From Candidatus Pacearchaeota archaeon (GTDB taxonomy: Archaea; Nanobdellota; Nanobdellia; Pacearchaeales; GW2011-AR1): DNA of 64,000 bases. The translations under genes and the position numbers were made by a program. The stretch is from the NCBI GenBank assembly GCA_018303995.1, contig JAGVXB010000013.1:27490-91489 (forward strand), given 5' to 3'. The notes under the pieces were generated by a model, which worked only from the letters and a program-made list of their open reading frames with translations, had not been told where the DNA came from and made no database searches. Shown in pieces: positions 9,748 through 19,205 of the stretch (its first letter is position 1; each line of letters starts with the position of its first letter).

Positions 9748-10707
9748 ATGGATGAAAAAGATAAAAAAATATTATTTGAACTGGAAAAAAACTCTAGAAT
9801 TCCAATTAATAAGTTAGCTAAACACGCAGGTGTAAGCAAAGAAGTTGCTAACTATAGGCTTAGAAGATTTATAAAAAACAAAGTTATTCTTGATTTTTAT
9901 ACAATTATAAACATAGAACCATTGGGATTTTCAAGATATGGTTGTTTAGTCCAGTTAAAGAATGTGAATAACCAGTTAGAAAAAGAAATTATTGATTTCT
10001 TAATTAAACATGATTATGTAACCTATCTTGGACCAATAATTGGCAAATGGAACATGGCCTTTGACCTAATGGCAAAAGATAGAACCCAGCTTGAAAAAAT
10101 AATCAAAGAAATAAAATCTAAGTATCATCGTTTTATAGAGTCTTTTATAGTAATTAATAGTTCAGTTGAATTTAAATCTTTTCCTCTTAAATTTTTAGGG
10201 TATGAAAGATCAGAAAGTGTCAACACTCATTATAAGAAACTGAAAATAGATGATAAAGACATTAAAATTTTAAAACTGCTATCTGAAGATTCTAGAGCGG
10301 AATATAAACATCTATCCTCAAAACTAAGTCTCTCTGCTAACGCCGTAAAATACCGTATAAAAAATATGGAAAAATCTGGTTTAATCCAAGGATATTCTGT
10401 ATCTATAGATGTAAGAAAATTAGGATACTTTTGGCATAATATCCAAATAAAATTAATCAATGAAGAAAAAAGTGATAAAATAAAAGATTTCTTAAGAAAT
10501 CACAAAAATGTAATCTATTATTATAAACACCTAGGAAACGAAAATTGGGATATGGATATTGGAATTGTTGTAAGAGATACGCTAGCTCTTAGACAGTTCA
10601 TATTAGATCTTAGAGAGGAATTCGGAGAATTTATTAAACTTCATGATATCTATGCCAATGTGGAGATTGCTAAATCTAATATTGCTCCAAAAGGAATTTT
10701 TGAGTAA
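9748..10707 (+). CDS. Lrp/AsnC-family transcriptional regulator with two tandem Lrp modules
   Basis: Two HTH_AsnC-like segments (ILFELEKNSRIPINKLAKHAGVSKEVANYRLRRF and ILKLLSEDSRAEYKHLSSKLSLSANAVKYRIKNMEKSGLIQGY), each followed by a RAM-like domain. Confidence 0.75.
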   Translation: MDEKDKKILFELEKNSRIPINKLAKHAGVSKEVANYRLRRFIKNKVILDFYTIINIEPLGFSRYGCLVQLKNVNNQLEKEIIDFLIKHDYVTYLGPIIGKWNMAFDLMAKDRTQLEKIIKEIKSKYHRFIESFIVINSSVEFKSFPLKFLGYERSESVNTHYKKLKIDDKDIKILKLLSEDSRAEYKHLSSKLSLSANAVKYRIKNMEKSGLIQGYSVSIDVRKLGYFWHNIQIKLINEEKSDKIKDFLRNHKNVIYYYKHLGNENWDMDIGIVVRDTLALRQFILDLREEFGEFIKLHDIYANVEIAKSNIAPKGIFE

Positions 10708-10823
10708 ATTATTATTATCAAAAAAACAATGTGCCACCTCGCACTAAACAGGCCGTAGTTTGTGAAGACACTTTGACATAATCAAGTAGTAATCTTTAAG
10801 TATAATCTAAACTAATCTGATTA

Positions 10824-11081
10824 ATGAAAAAAAGAAGTAGAAAGATAAAACTAGAAGAAGAAACAACTCTTCTAGCCAACGAAAGAACATTCCTTTCATA
10901 CATAAGAACAACACTCTCTGCTCTAATTCTAGGATTTGCACTAATTCAGTTATCAAAAGACAATAATTCTTTATTAAACATAGGAATAGCAACAATAATT
11001 GGTGGAATTATTCTAGGAATAATTGGATTCATAGAATATAGAATCCATAAAAAGCGCATAAAACAAGAAGCCGAAGATTAA
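10824..11081 (+). CDS. DUF202/YidH-like small membrane protein
   Basis: LANERTFLSYIRTTLSAL, matching the DUF202 signature (LAxERTxLAWxRT), followed by two TM helices. Confidence 0.5.
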   Translation: MKKRSRKIKLEEETTLLANERTFLSYIRTTLSALILGFALIQLSKDNNSLLNIGIATIIGGIILGIIGFIEYRIHKKRIKQEAED

Positions 11082-11684
11082 TCACTTAATCTTTAGAATT
11101 ACAGATTCAAGTTCATCAAAACCAGATATAATCGCAATAGGTTTCCCTTTCTCAAGTCTTGCTCGTTCATGGAATCCAAAATCGACTGCAATAGTGCGTA
11201 TTCCAGCCTTATGAGCCTCTAAAATATCTCCTAACGTATCTGTAACAAAAATAATCTCATTAGCTTTCAAACAATAATTTTCTAAGAGCATATTAAATTT
11301 AATGTTTTTCTTTATTTGAGTATCTGACCCAAATAACGCAGTAAATAAATCAAAAACTCCTTCCCTCAAAAGAAACTCTTTCAAAAAATTATCTCTTCTT
11401 GCAGTTACAATAAAAAGAAGATATCTCGTCTTTAATTTTTTAAGCATATCAATAATTTTTGAATCTATATGTTGTTGCATCAAATATTTCTGCATTTCCA
11501 TAGAGACATCCAAATTTTCATCATTTATAGGCAATTCATTTCTACGTTCAAGAACATTTGCTTCAAAAAGCCAACGATGCTTTTCTCGGCTTAGATTTTT
11601 GTATTTTTGAGCATATGTTTGATAATGGTATTCATAAGTATCCACAAAAACCCCTCCAAAGTCAAAAGCAATTGCCTTAATCAT
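11082..11684 (-). CDS. HAD-superfamily hydrolase/phosphatase
   Basis: N-terminal MIKAIAFDFGGVFVDT (DxDx[TV] motif I) and C-terminal TDTLGDILEAHKAGIRTIAV (motif IV region). Confidence 0.7.
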   Translation of the reverse strand: MIKAIAFDFGGVFVDTYEYHYQTYAQKYKNLSREKHRWLFEANVLERRNELPINDENLDVSMEMQKYLMQQHIDSKIIDMLKKLKTRYLLFIVTARRDNFLKEFLLREGVFDLFTALFGSDTQIKKNIKFNMLLENYCLKANEIIFVTDTLGDILEAHKAGIRTIAVDFGFHERARLEKGKPIAIISGFDELESVILKIK

Positions 11685-11718
11685 AAAAAAATAGACTCAC
11701 ACTCATTTATAATATTAA

Positions 11719-12111
11719 TCACCAGACTTCTAATTTAACATCAATATTCTCAAAATGTTTTTTATTTCGAGTCACAACAGTCAAATCGTAAGCTTTTGCT
11801 ATAGACGCTATCATTAAATCAAGTTCCTCTGTTTGTTTCCCTAATTTATTGAGCTTTGCATATTCTTTGCCAAAAAATACACAAGCATCCGTATTAAACT
11901 CTAAAACCTCAACAATATTCAAAAGATGATCTATTTCCTGCAGACTCTTTTCAGATAAAGCAGATAAAAAAGCCCCCTTATACAATTCACATAAAGTTAT
12001 ATAATTGATAAATAGTTCGCCTCTAGAGTTAAGTTCTGTGAATTTACTCTTTAAAAGTTCATCTCCTCGAAAAAGTGCAACCACAATACTAGTATCTAAA
12101 CAGTAACTCAT
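11719..12111 (-). CDS. vapC: PIN-domain toxin (VapC-like)
   Basis: MSYCLDTSIVVALFRGDE... N-terminal Asp and a 130-aa PIN fold. Overlaps the upstream antitoxin ORF by 4 nt. Confidence 0.75.
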   Translation of the reverse strand: MSYCLDTSIVVALFRGDELLKSKFTELNSRGELFINYITLCELYKGAFLSALSEKSLQEIDHLLNIVEVLEFNTDACVFFGKEYAKLNKLGKQTEELDLMIASIAKAYDLTVVTRNKKHFENIDVKLEVW

Positions 12112-12335
12112 ATTTTATAAGTCCTTAACTTGAATTTTCTCCTATCTTCATATATTTTCTTCTCTATCTCTTTCCATTCCCCAGCATTTTCTTTAAACAC
12201 CCCAAAAAGTTCCATAATATCTCTTTTCCTTTTCAAAGGAACAAACTCAATTATAACTTCTGAAAAAGACTTGTTTTCTTTAACAGACTTAAGTCTTTTA
12301 TACGCTTCTTCAGATAATGATATAACTTTAACCAT
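12108..12335 (-). CDS. vapB: Antitoxin partner of the PIN toxin (VapB-like, about 75 aa)
   Basis: Internal Met start MVKVISLSEEAYKRLKSVKENKSFSEVIIEF... The 59-codon N-terminal extension in the ORF track is hydrophobic junk. The 4-nt overlap with vapC is the typical arrangement. Confidence 0.55.
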   Translation of the reverse strand: MVKVISLSEEAYKRLKSVKENKSFSEVIIEFVPLKRKRDIMELFGVFKENAGEWKEIEKKIYEDRRKFKLRTYKI

Positions 12336-12434
12336 GTATGCATATGCATATACGCATATATAAAGTTTTCTATTAATCAAAAACCCTTCAAATAACACAA
12401 CAATCCCTATAAACAAAGACCCATTTAAGAAATA

Positions 12435-13604
12435 ATGTCTATTTGCAAAACCTGTGATGAAGAAGATTGTGACAAGCACACATTTTTCATAGGCAAGCCA
12501 GTAAAAATACAAAATTTCAGCGGTTCGACACCTCCAGAAATATTCATAGGAAAATGGAACTATCCTAATGTTTACACTGGAATTCTAGCACCTCCAGAAA
12601 CCGGAGACACAAGTATAATGTCTTCCCCAGAGTCATGGCATAAAAATAAATTATCCATCTCTGAAATAGCAAATTACCGAAATCAATTAATTTACGGCAG
12701 AACAATGTCTAATATAAAGAAATTAGAAACACGTTTTTTAGGCGTAATGAAAGAAGTAGCAATGACTCACAAATCAATTGCAACCGAATTCTTCCTAAAA
12801 AAACCGGTAACAGCAAACAAAGAACAAGATGACAGAAGCCCTCTAATTCCAAAAGCAGCAGAAATAGAAAAAGCAGAATTACAAGAAAATGCTCCAGTAA
12901 AACCTAAAGTAGATTACTTAGTAAACGACAAAGAAACAAAATCAGCAACAGCAATTCAGGAGTTACACAAAGCAAATACTCAGACTTCAACAATAATCAA
13001 AATCCTTTCAGCAGGCCTATTAGGTATGAAAAAGAATAGAAAACTAGTCCCTACAAGATGGGCAATAACTGCTGTAGACGATACAATATCAAAAAACAAA
13101 TTAGAAAAAATAAAACAATATCAAGAAATATCTGAATATTTAGTTTTCAATGCAGAATATCTTGGAAATCATTATGAATTCCTCTTAATTCCAGATTCAT
13201 TCGCATTTGAAGTAATTGAAATCAGTATAAAAAATCCATATAATCAATCCGTATGGCAAGACTATGAAACAATATTCAAAAGAAAAAAATACGCCGACAA
13301 TGTAACAGGAGCCTATTACGTCAACAGGCTGGCGTTAACAGAATATCTAGAATCAATAAAGCGTCAAGCAACATGTCTAGTATTCAGAGAAATTCGTCCA
13401 CAATATTACACACCTTGCGGAGTAGGTATATTAAGAGAAACAAGCAGAGAAGCTTTCAGAAACCAACCAGAAAATTTTAACACATTGCAAGAAGCCCTCA
13501 ACAGCATTCAAACAAGAATCAAACAACCAGTCTCAAACTACACGGACAAATCAGTAATTCTTAAAATGAAAAAATCACAGAGCAAATTATCCAATTTCTT
13601 ATAA
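12435..13604 (+). CDS. Putative NreA-like protein (archaeal DNA-repair protein with N-terminal Cys cluster and C-terminal PIP-box-like motif)
   Basis: N-terminal C-x2-C-x4-C (CKTCDEEDCDKH); 389 aa; C-terminus QSKLSNFL fits the QxxLxxF[FL] PCNA-interacting motif. The assignment is from memory of the Nre family and needs a search. Confidence 0.3.
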   Translation: MSICKTCDEEDCDKHTFFIGKPVKIQNFSGSTPPEIFIGKWNYPNVYTGILAPPETGDTSIMSSPESWHKNKLSISEIANYRNQLIYGRTMSNIKKLETRFLGVMKEVAMTHKSIATEFFLKKPVTANKEQDDRSPLIPKAAEIEKAELQENAPVKPKVDYLVNDKETKSATAIQELHKANTQTSTIIKILSAGLLGMKKNRKLVPTRWAITAVDDTISKNKLEKIKQYQEISEYLVFNAEYLGNHYEFLLIPDSFAFEVIEISIKNPYNQSVWQDYETIFKRKKYADNVTGAYYVNRLALTEYLESIKRQATCLVFREIRPQYYTPCGVGILRETSREAFRNQPENFNTLQEALNSIQTRIKQPVSNYTDKSVILKMKKSQSKLSNFL

Positions 13605-13939
13605 ATTTAAACACTCTGCTCAACTAACACATTATTACAAGAGACCATTCTAATCAGATTACTAGCTTTATCAGTAGGATAATAAACAAAGCGACGTGAA
13701 TCATCAGCTCCCTTTGTAAGAAATCCAGCACCCACAAGTATATCGCAATAATAATGAATACCATTTAAGAATCAAATCGAGAATCAGTAGTAATCATATG
13801 CCTAGCTTCAGCTGAAGCTTCAGCCGGAACTTCCTTCAAAAAATACTCTCGCAGTTCATTCAAAGTAGCCATAAGATATCTGAAAAATGACATTTTATAA
13901 ATTTATCACTTTCGAAAAACCATCAAACAACCTAATCCG

Positions 13940-14248
13940 TCAATCCATCAAATCAATTGCTTTCTTTGTTAAAACGTAATGTGTCGACATCCCATCAACT
14001 CTCTTTTCAATTAGTCCTACAATCTCCAATAAATCAACAGCAACTAAATCTTGAGGTGTAAAATAAATTCCCTCGCCTTCTTTCCTATTTGTTAAAGCTC
14101 TATCTAAAAAACCAATCATGTAACTTCTAAAATTATTAACTGCAGAGTCATCTTCATTTAATCTATGACTTAACTCATTTGAAAAACAATTCAAAACTTC
14201 TCCTTTAAAATAATTTTCAAGTCTTTTATAACTACTCATAAAAATCAT
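13940..14248 (-). CDS. Hypothetical protein (possible wHTH)
   Basis: ORF only; the C-terminal GMSTHYVLTKKAIDLM resembles a recognition helix plus wing. Confidence 0.3.
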   Translation of the reverse strand: MIFMSSYKRLENYFKGEVLNCFSNELSHRLNEDDSAVNNFRSYMIGFLDRALTNRKEGEGIYFTPQDLVAVDLLEIVGLIEKRVDGMSTHYVLTKKAIDLMD

Positions 14249-14284
14249 TGAAAACCGAAGCTTATAATATTAATTACAGCAGAA

Positions 14285-14701
14285 CTACTTCTTACTCCAA
14301 GCAGCAATACCCAAAAGAATAAGATTAACAATTGGAATTAACATAAGTATCGACCACCATCCAGGTCTGCCTATAGATTCAAACATTTTCCATCTCCAAA
14401 CAACTGTAAAAACAGTAAACACAATCCCGACAACAGATCCAACAAAAGGAATCATGAATCCAATAAGTAAAAGCCATGGCCACCAATGCATCTCAGATGT
14501 CTGATAAGCTATAATTGAAGGCCCTACAAAAGGAATCCAAGCAAGTCCTGGAGAACTCAAACGAGCCTTCTTAGCAATTGCATAGTAAGCGAAAGAAAGA
14601 TACACATACAAAGCAAAAACAATAACTAAAAATATAAAAATAAAATCAAAAATATTTTCTGCAAGAGAGAAAATTTGTAAAAACAAACCTGTAAAGCTCA
14701 T
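14285..14701 (-). CDS. Polytopic small membrane protein
   Basis: Four hydrophobic helices; the stop overlaps the TBP start region. Confidence 0.4.
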   Translation of the reverse strand: MSFTGLFLQIFSLAENIFDFIFIFLVIVFALYVYLSFAYYAIAKKARLSSPGLAWIPFVGPSIIAYQTSEMHWWPWLLLIGFMIPFVGSVVGIVFTVFTVVWRWKMFESIGRPGWWSILMLIPIVNLILLGIAAWSKK

Positions 14702-15273
14702 TACGCATTCTCCTTCTTTAATCTCTTCAAAACTTCCTTAACATTCTTATTCAACTGAACCATCGAATCATCAAGCTCAGCCCTATTCTTAGTCCCAGTA
14801 CATACAAGCTTCCCATTCGAGAAAAGCAAGAATGTAGCATTAGGAGTCCCTAACTTATACACAAGCCCTGGAAACTGCTCGGGCTCATATTCGGTATTCT
14901 GCAATTCCAAAGCTAAAATATTCAAATTCAAATCAATATCAATACTTCCAGAAGCAACAATATTCTGCACAGTTATTTTAGGCTTAGCAGTAACTCTAAC
15001 ACCTATTTTAGCAAGCTGTTTTATAACCTGTTCAACAACTTCTTTAACTTGCGCAATACTCTTAGTCCCAGTACAAACCAAATTTCCAGAAGAAAAAACA
15101 AGAACTGCAGACTTAGGTTTCTTCACACGTAAAACAAGCCCAGGAAACTGTTCAGGATTATATTCAGTATTGCTCTGCATCTTCGCCAACTTTGTCAACG
15201 AAACCTCTTTTCCAAGAGAAGCGGTAGCAACAATATTCTGAACAACTAAATTAGATTTGACGTCAGACATCAC
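14701..15273 (-). CDS. tbp: TATA-box binding protein
   Basis: Two direct repeats: QNIVATASLG...EQFPGLVLRV...LVFSSGNLVCTGTKS and QNIVASGSIDI...EQFPGLVYKL...LLFSNGKLVCTGTKN, with an acidic C-terminal tail. Confidence 0.95.
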   Translation of the reverse strand: MMSDVKSNLVVQNIVATASLGKEVSLTKLAKMQSNTEYNPEQFPGLVLRVKKPKSAVLVFSSGNLVCTGTKSIAQVKEVVEQVIKQLAKIGVRVTAKPKITVQNIVASGSIDIDLNLNILALELQNTEYEPEQFPGLVYKLGTPNATFLLFSNGKLVCTGTKNRAELDDSMVQLNKNVKEVLKRLKKENA

Positions 15274-15319
15274 TATTTAAATAGAAACTTGCTTTATAAA
15301 CCTTAGTTTTAAGTAAAAA

Positions 15320-17032
15320 TCACGATTTCCTCTTCACAGCCTTCCTCGTCGTCTTCAAAACTTCAGCTTTAATGTCGCTAAGCGAAGCTATATCATGTAT
15401 TCCTCTTTCTGGCCTATAATGTGAAATTCTAGGAAAACGTAAAGCGAAACCAGAAGAATAAGAAGGACTCGACTGAATATTCTGATAAGTCACAGAAACA
15501 ACAACTTTAGGCTTAACAGTAACGCCAGCAGAATTCTCAGAAACAATTAAAGGCTGTAACAAAGCATCAATTTCAGAATAAGTCGTCCCTTCAGAAGCCT
15601 TTTCCTTAAGCCCAGAAGAAACTTTTCCAATTTCCAAAAACTTATCACCATCGCAACAAGCAACAATAAAACTCGTCAAACCTCCAGCGCGCTTTCCCGT
15701 CCCGTATTCAGCGCCAACAATAACCAAATCCAAATCAGCAACATTAGGCTTAAGCTTTGCCATAATTCCAACATAACGACCAGAAACATAAGCTGATTGT
15801 AAATTCTTTATCATTATCCCTTCTTCGCCTATTTTCAAAGCATCATGATAAAATTTCTCAACTTCGTCAACAGAATCAGTAACTATCTGTTTAGAAAGTG
15901 AAATCTTCCAAGGAACTTCGTCAATAATCTTTTCAATTATCTTTCTTCGTTCAATAAATGGAATCTCAACCTTATTTTCGCCGTTAACATAAAGCACATC
16001 AAAAATCTTTAATTCTACGGGCAATTTAACAATTAATTCATCAATGTTATATTTACGTTTAATCCTCTGACTTATAGCTTCAAATGGCAGATATTTATTT
16101 TTCTTAGAATCAAACCCAACTACTTCGGCATCTAATACAAAACTCTTAGCCTTAATATGTTTAGAAACAACAGAAACAATATCTGGAAACTGCCGAGTTA
16201 CGTCCTCAAGTCTCCTAGTAAATAAATGAATCTTCTTACCATCAGAACTTATTATTACTCTAAACCCATCATATTTATGTTCAAATGCTGCAGGCTTTCC
16301 ACAAACATCAAACGCTTCATCAATATCATAAACCTTAGTTGCAAGCATTACATTCAAAGGTCTTCCTGGAATAAGTGAGACATGTTCAAAAGCATCCTTA
16401 CCAGAAAAAGCAAATTTCAAAACCTGAGCAAAATCAGTAACCAAATCATAAGTTCTCTGAATCTTATCTAACATATCTTTATCATTTAAAAAGAAAGCCT
16501 CTGCAATGGCTCCAAGAAGAACAGCATCAGCCACTCCAATGCGTAAATCTCCAAGAAGAGTTCTAACAATATAACACGCCTCTCTAGCATCAGCCTCAAT
16601 AAGCAATTCTGAAATTACTCCTAGCTTTTTATCAACTGCCCCATCTCCAGAAACAGAAGCTATTTTTTGCAAACTAGAAAAAACATGTTCAACAGTCAGT
16701 TTCTTAGAAAAAAGAGAATTTTGCTTCCCATGCCTAAGCAATTCAACAGCAACATCTCCCAAATCCCCTAATTTCTTAAATCTCAAAATAACTTCATCAT
16801 TAGAAAAACCAGAAGCGCGAGATATTGCCTTAATCACCAATTGCGTGGATATCCCAAATTCGCGAGAATCATATTCGGCAAAAACACGTCCGCGAAGTAA
16901 ATAAGCATATTCCTCGCAACCCTTCAGCTTAGGCAAAAACGCAGCAATGATGGAAGTCTTATCAATTCTCCCACTAGTATCTGCAAGTTCCTCATAAACG
17001 GCAACAATCTCGGAATATAACATATTAATCAA
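15320..17032 (-). CDS. lig: ATP-dependent DNA ligase
   Basis: KxDG adenylation motif (EHKYDGFRVII), 570 aa, OB-fold C-terminus. Confidence 0.9.
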   Translation of the reverse strand: MINMLYSEIVAVYEELADTSGRIDKTSIIAAFLPKLKGCEEYAYLLRGRVFAEYDSREFGISTQLVIKAISRASGFSNDEVILRFKKLGDLGDVAVELLRHGKQNSLFSKKLTVEHVFSSLQKIASVSGDGAVDKKLGVISELLIEADAREACYIVRTLLGDLRIGVADAVLLGAIAEAFFLNDKDMLDKIQRTYDLVTDFAQVLKFAFSGKDAFEHVSLIPGRPLNVMLATKVYDIDEAFDVCGKPAAFEHKYDGFRVIISSDGKKIHLFTRRLEDVTRQFPDIVSVVSKHIKAKSFVLDAEVVGFDSKKNKYLPFEAISQRIKRKYNIDELIVKLPVELKIFDVLYVNGENKVEIPFIERRKIIEKIIDEVPWKISLSKQIVTDSVDEVEKFYHDALKIGEEGIMIKNLQSAYVSGRYVGIMAKLKPNVADLDLVIVGAEYGTGKRAGGLTSFIVACCDGDKFLEIGKVSSGLKEKASEGTTYSEIDALLQPLIVSENSAGVTVKPKVVVSVTYQNIQSSPSYSSGFALRFPRISHYRPERGIHDIASLSDIKAEVLKTTRKAVKRKS

Positions 17033-17061
17033 AAAGTCTTTTGCAACTTAAATCTTTTGGT

Positions 17062-17799
17062 TCACAACCATCCCTTCTTTCTAACTCCGCCGTCATAAAT
17101 CTGAAAAGTCAAGGACTTTTCAGGCAAACTTCTATGCTTGCGTAAAAAAGCCGTCCTACGCCCAGATTCATTTTCCATCTCAATTAAACACTTACTCCAA
17201 TATTTTACTATATCTCCAGCAACCATCTTCTTCTCGTTATTCCAATTATATACTTGATTCGTAACTAAAACTGGAATATCTTGCTTACGAGCAATTTCAA
17301 CAAGCAACCTCATCTGTCTAGTAAGCTCAGCATTAACAGATTGCATATTCTCAACGCCTTTATCACTATCAGATTCCCTAGCATCTGCAAAATCAAGACG
17401 ATAAAGCATAGTCATCCCATCAACAACAATTAATGAAACTTGCTCTTTAACATGTTTCAAAAGTTGATCAAAAGCCTGCTGTTGTTCTTTAAAATTCGTA
17501 GGCTTCAAAATAATAATATTTGCAAGAACCTTATCCAAAGTAAGATTCTTATCAGTTCCATTTGTAGCATTAGAAGAAAAAAGTTGCTTAACTCTTTCCG
17601 AAGAAAACCCTCCTTCAGTATCTATAAAAATAACTTTATTTCCTTTCTTAGCCTGAGAAACCGCAGCAATCATGCAAAGATTAGTCTTACCAGAGCCAGG
17701 CCCACCATAAAACGTAGTAATAATCCCACAGTCATAGCCTCCCTTAAGCCAAACATTCAAATCGTAACATCCTGCAGAAACCTTATCCATAAAAAACAA
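17062..17799 (-). CDS. radB: RadB-like RecA-superfamily ATPase
   Basis: Walker A GGPGSGKTNLCM, Walker B LIVVDGM; 245 aa with no N-terminal HhH domain. Confidence 0.75.
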   Translation of the reverse strand: MFFMDKVSAGCYDLNVWLKGGYDCGIITTFYGGPGSGKTNLCMIAAVSQAKKGNKVIFIDTEGGFSSERVKQLFSSNATNGTDKNLTLDKVLANIIILKPTNFKEQQQAFDQLLKHVKEQVSLIVVDGMTMLYRLDFADARESDSDKGVENMQSVNAELTRQMRLLVEIARKQDIPVLVTNQVYNWNNEKKMVAGDIVKYWSKCLIEMENESGRRTAFLRKHRSLPEKSLTFQIYDGGVRKKGWL

Positions 17800-17886
17800 A
17801 AAATAAAGAAGTATAAAAGATTTCTCGTGCTCAAAACAGCACTTCTCAAATAAAAAGAATAAAAAACAAATTAAATAAAAATACCT

Positions 17887-18087
17887 TTATCTACGCCCTT
17901 TCTTGGAAGACTTAGGCATCATCTTAGGCTCTTCACACATCTGACACTTCTTACACATTAAAGCATGTAGAAGCAACAAAAGTGCAGCAATGATAACTAC
18001 CCATTTTGAAGAAGCCTTAGCCATATATGTAAACAAAATTATTATTATAGCAAGAACTGCTTCAACCCAATTGCATTTGCAACTCAT
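17887..18087 (-). CDS. Small membrane protein with a Cys-rich tail
   Basis: TM helix plus CKKCQMCEEP. Confidence 0.3.
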   Translation of the reverse strand: MSCKCNWVEAVLAIIIILFTYMAKASSKWVVIIAALLLLLHALMCKKCQMCEEPKMMPKSSKKGRR

Positions 18088-18132
18088 AAAACCTCCTTAA
18101 AATACATAGTAAAAAATGCTTAATAAACCTGT

Positions 18133-18396
18133 CTATTTATCAAGACCTTTAACAAGGGAATTCAAATCTTTAGAAATAGCAGAAACAGCCTCACTAACAG
18201 CTTTCTTAACACTCTTTCCGGAACTCTCTATCTTGAAAATAACGGGCTTAGTTAAATGATCACGCCTCCAAGCAGCAAACTTAATTCCCTGCTCATTCAA
18301 ATAAACGCGAAGAATTTCAGCAACAGTCAAATTATCTACACGAAGCTCAATCTTATCAGATTCTTGAGATATAATTTCAACATTCATGTTAATCAA
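18133..18396 (-). CDS. rpoL: DNA-directed RNA polymerase subunit L (Rpo11)
   Basis: ELRVDNLTVAEILRVYLNEQGIKFAAWRRDHLTKPVIFKIESSG fits the RpoL/Rpb11 pattern (..EDHTLGNLLR..L......V.FAGY...HPL). Confidence 0.65.
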   Translation of the reverse strand: MINMNVEIISQESDKIELRVDNLTVAEILRVYLNEQGIKFAAWRRDHLTKPVIFKIESSGKSVKKAVSEAVSAISKDLNSLVKGLDK

Positions 18397-18494
18397 CAGA
18401 AATAATGGTTTTTAAAGTCTTCCATTTTTATAAAAATAGAATGAATTAGAGAACATCAGTTTTCTAAGCTTTCTAGAAAGCCTTAATTATAAAA

Positions 18495-19196
18495 TTAGTC
18501 TAATATTTCTATATCATTCCCACTAACGCCGGCAGAATCCTTGAACATCTGTCCTACACTCTTTACAGCAGTATCTTTCTTCGTCTGCTCATTGCGTTTC
18601 TGCAACTCAGCTAAATTAACTTGAGCAATAGAATTTGGATGTTTGCGTAAATTAATCCCAAATATCTGCTCAATTCTCGAGATTAAAACAAAATCATCTT
18701 TAGGCAATTCGCCAAGCTCGATCATCTTCACATCCTCTTCATTAGCCATTATCAGAGTAGCAAGTTTAGCTCGAGTCATATTACTCTTCTTCCTATTCTT
18801 AGAAATCTCCCAATTAAAATTAGGAATCAAATCCTGCAAAGCATTATTTTTCTTCACTCCGAATTTACCATGCTTCCATTCAGAAAAAATAGAACCTTTG
18901 GAAATAGACTCACGCTGTTTAATACTAGAAGCAACAGGCACACTCAGACTTTGTTGAGGCTGATTAACAATCTTTCGCAATATAAATAAATCTTCCATAA
19001 TCGCAACTTTCTCAGGAACTCTGATTATCTCACCATCTTTTATAGCTTCGACATAATTAGCATTATCATACGCCCTCAAATCCAAATAATCCATAATAAG
19101 AAAGATAAACTCCTCTTTAAATCCTTTATGGTGATAAATAACATCAAAAATCAAGATACTTTTTGATGTCAAAGTGTTTGAGACCACTTTGATCAT
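18495..19196 (-). CDS. HTH XRE-family protein (MBF1-like C-terminal domain)
   Basis: ISKNRKKSNMTRAKLATLIMANEEDVKMIELGELPKDDFVLISRIEQIFGINL resembles the cro/C1 HTH of archaeal MBF1. No Zn ribbon is present. The true start is probably at MDYLDL. Confidence 0.4.
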   Translation of the reverse strand: MIKVVSNTLTSKSILIFDVIYHHKGFKEEFIFLIMDYLDLRAYDNANYVEAIKDGEIIRVPEKVAIMEDLFILRKIVNQPQQSLSVPVASSIKQRESISKGSIFSEWKHGKFGVKKNNALQDLIPNFNWEISKNRKKSNMTRAKLATLIMANEEDVKMIELGELPKDDFVLISRIEQIFGINLRKHPNSIAQVNLAELQKRNEQTKKDTAVKSVGQMFKDSAGVSGNDIEILD

Positions 19197-19205
19197 CCAA
19201 AAGTT

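Noticed and set aside
10708-10823. GC-richer patch (gtgccacctcgcactaaacaggccgtag) considered as a small RNA or tRNA
   Set aside because: No cloverleaf, no T-loop consensus, and only a 4-bp hairpin. It is probably just the promoter or UTR of the DUF202 gene.
12336-12512. N-terminal 59-codon extension of the ORF 12108-12512
   Set aside because: A hydrophobic, AT-rich tract (includes acgcatatacgcatatatg) sits upstream of a strong internal Met that begins the conserved antitoxin. The extension is unlikely to be translated.
12435-12520. N-terminus of ORF 12435 resembles the Zn-knuckle CGDPPCExYSFIGNP of archaeal AlaRS
   Set aside because: The similarity is confined to about 16 residues. The remainder lacks all AlaRS core motifs, so this is likely a convergent Cys-cluster. 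I favoured an Nre-like assignment instead.
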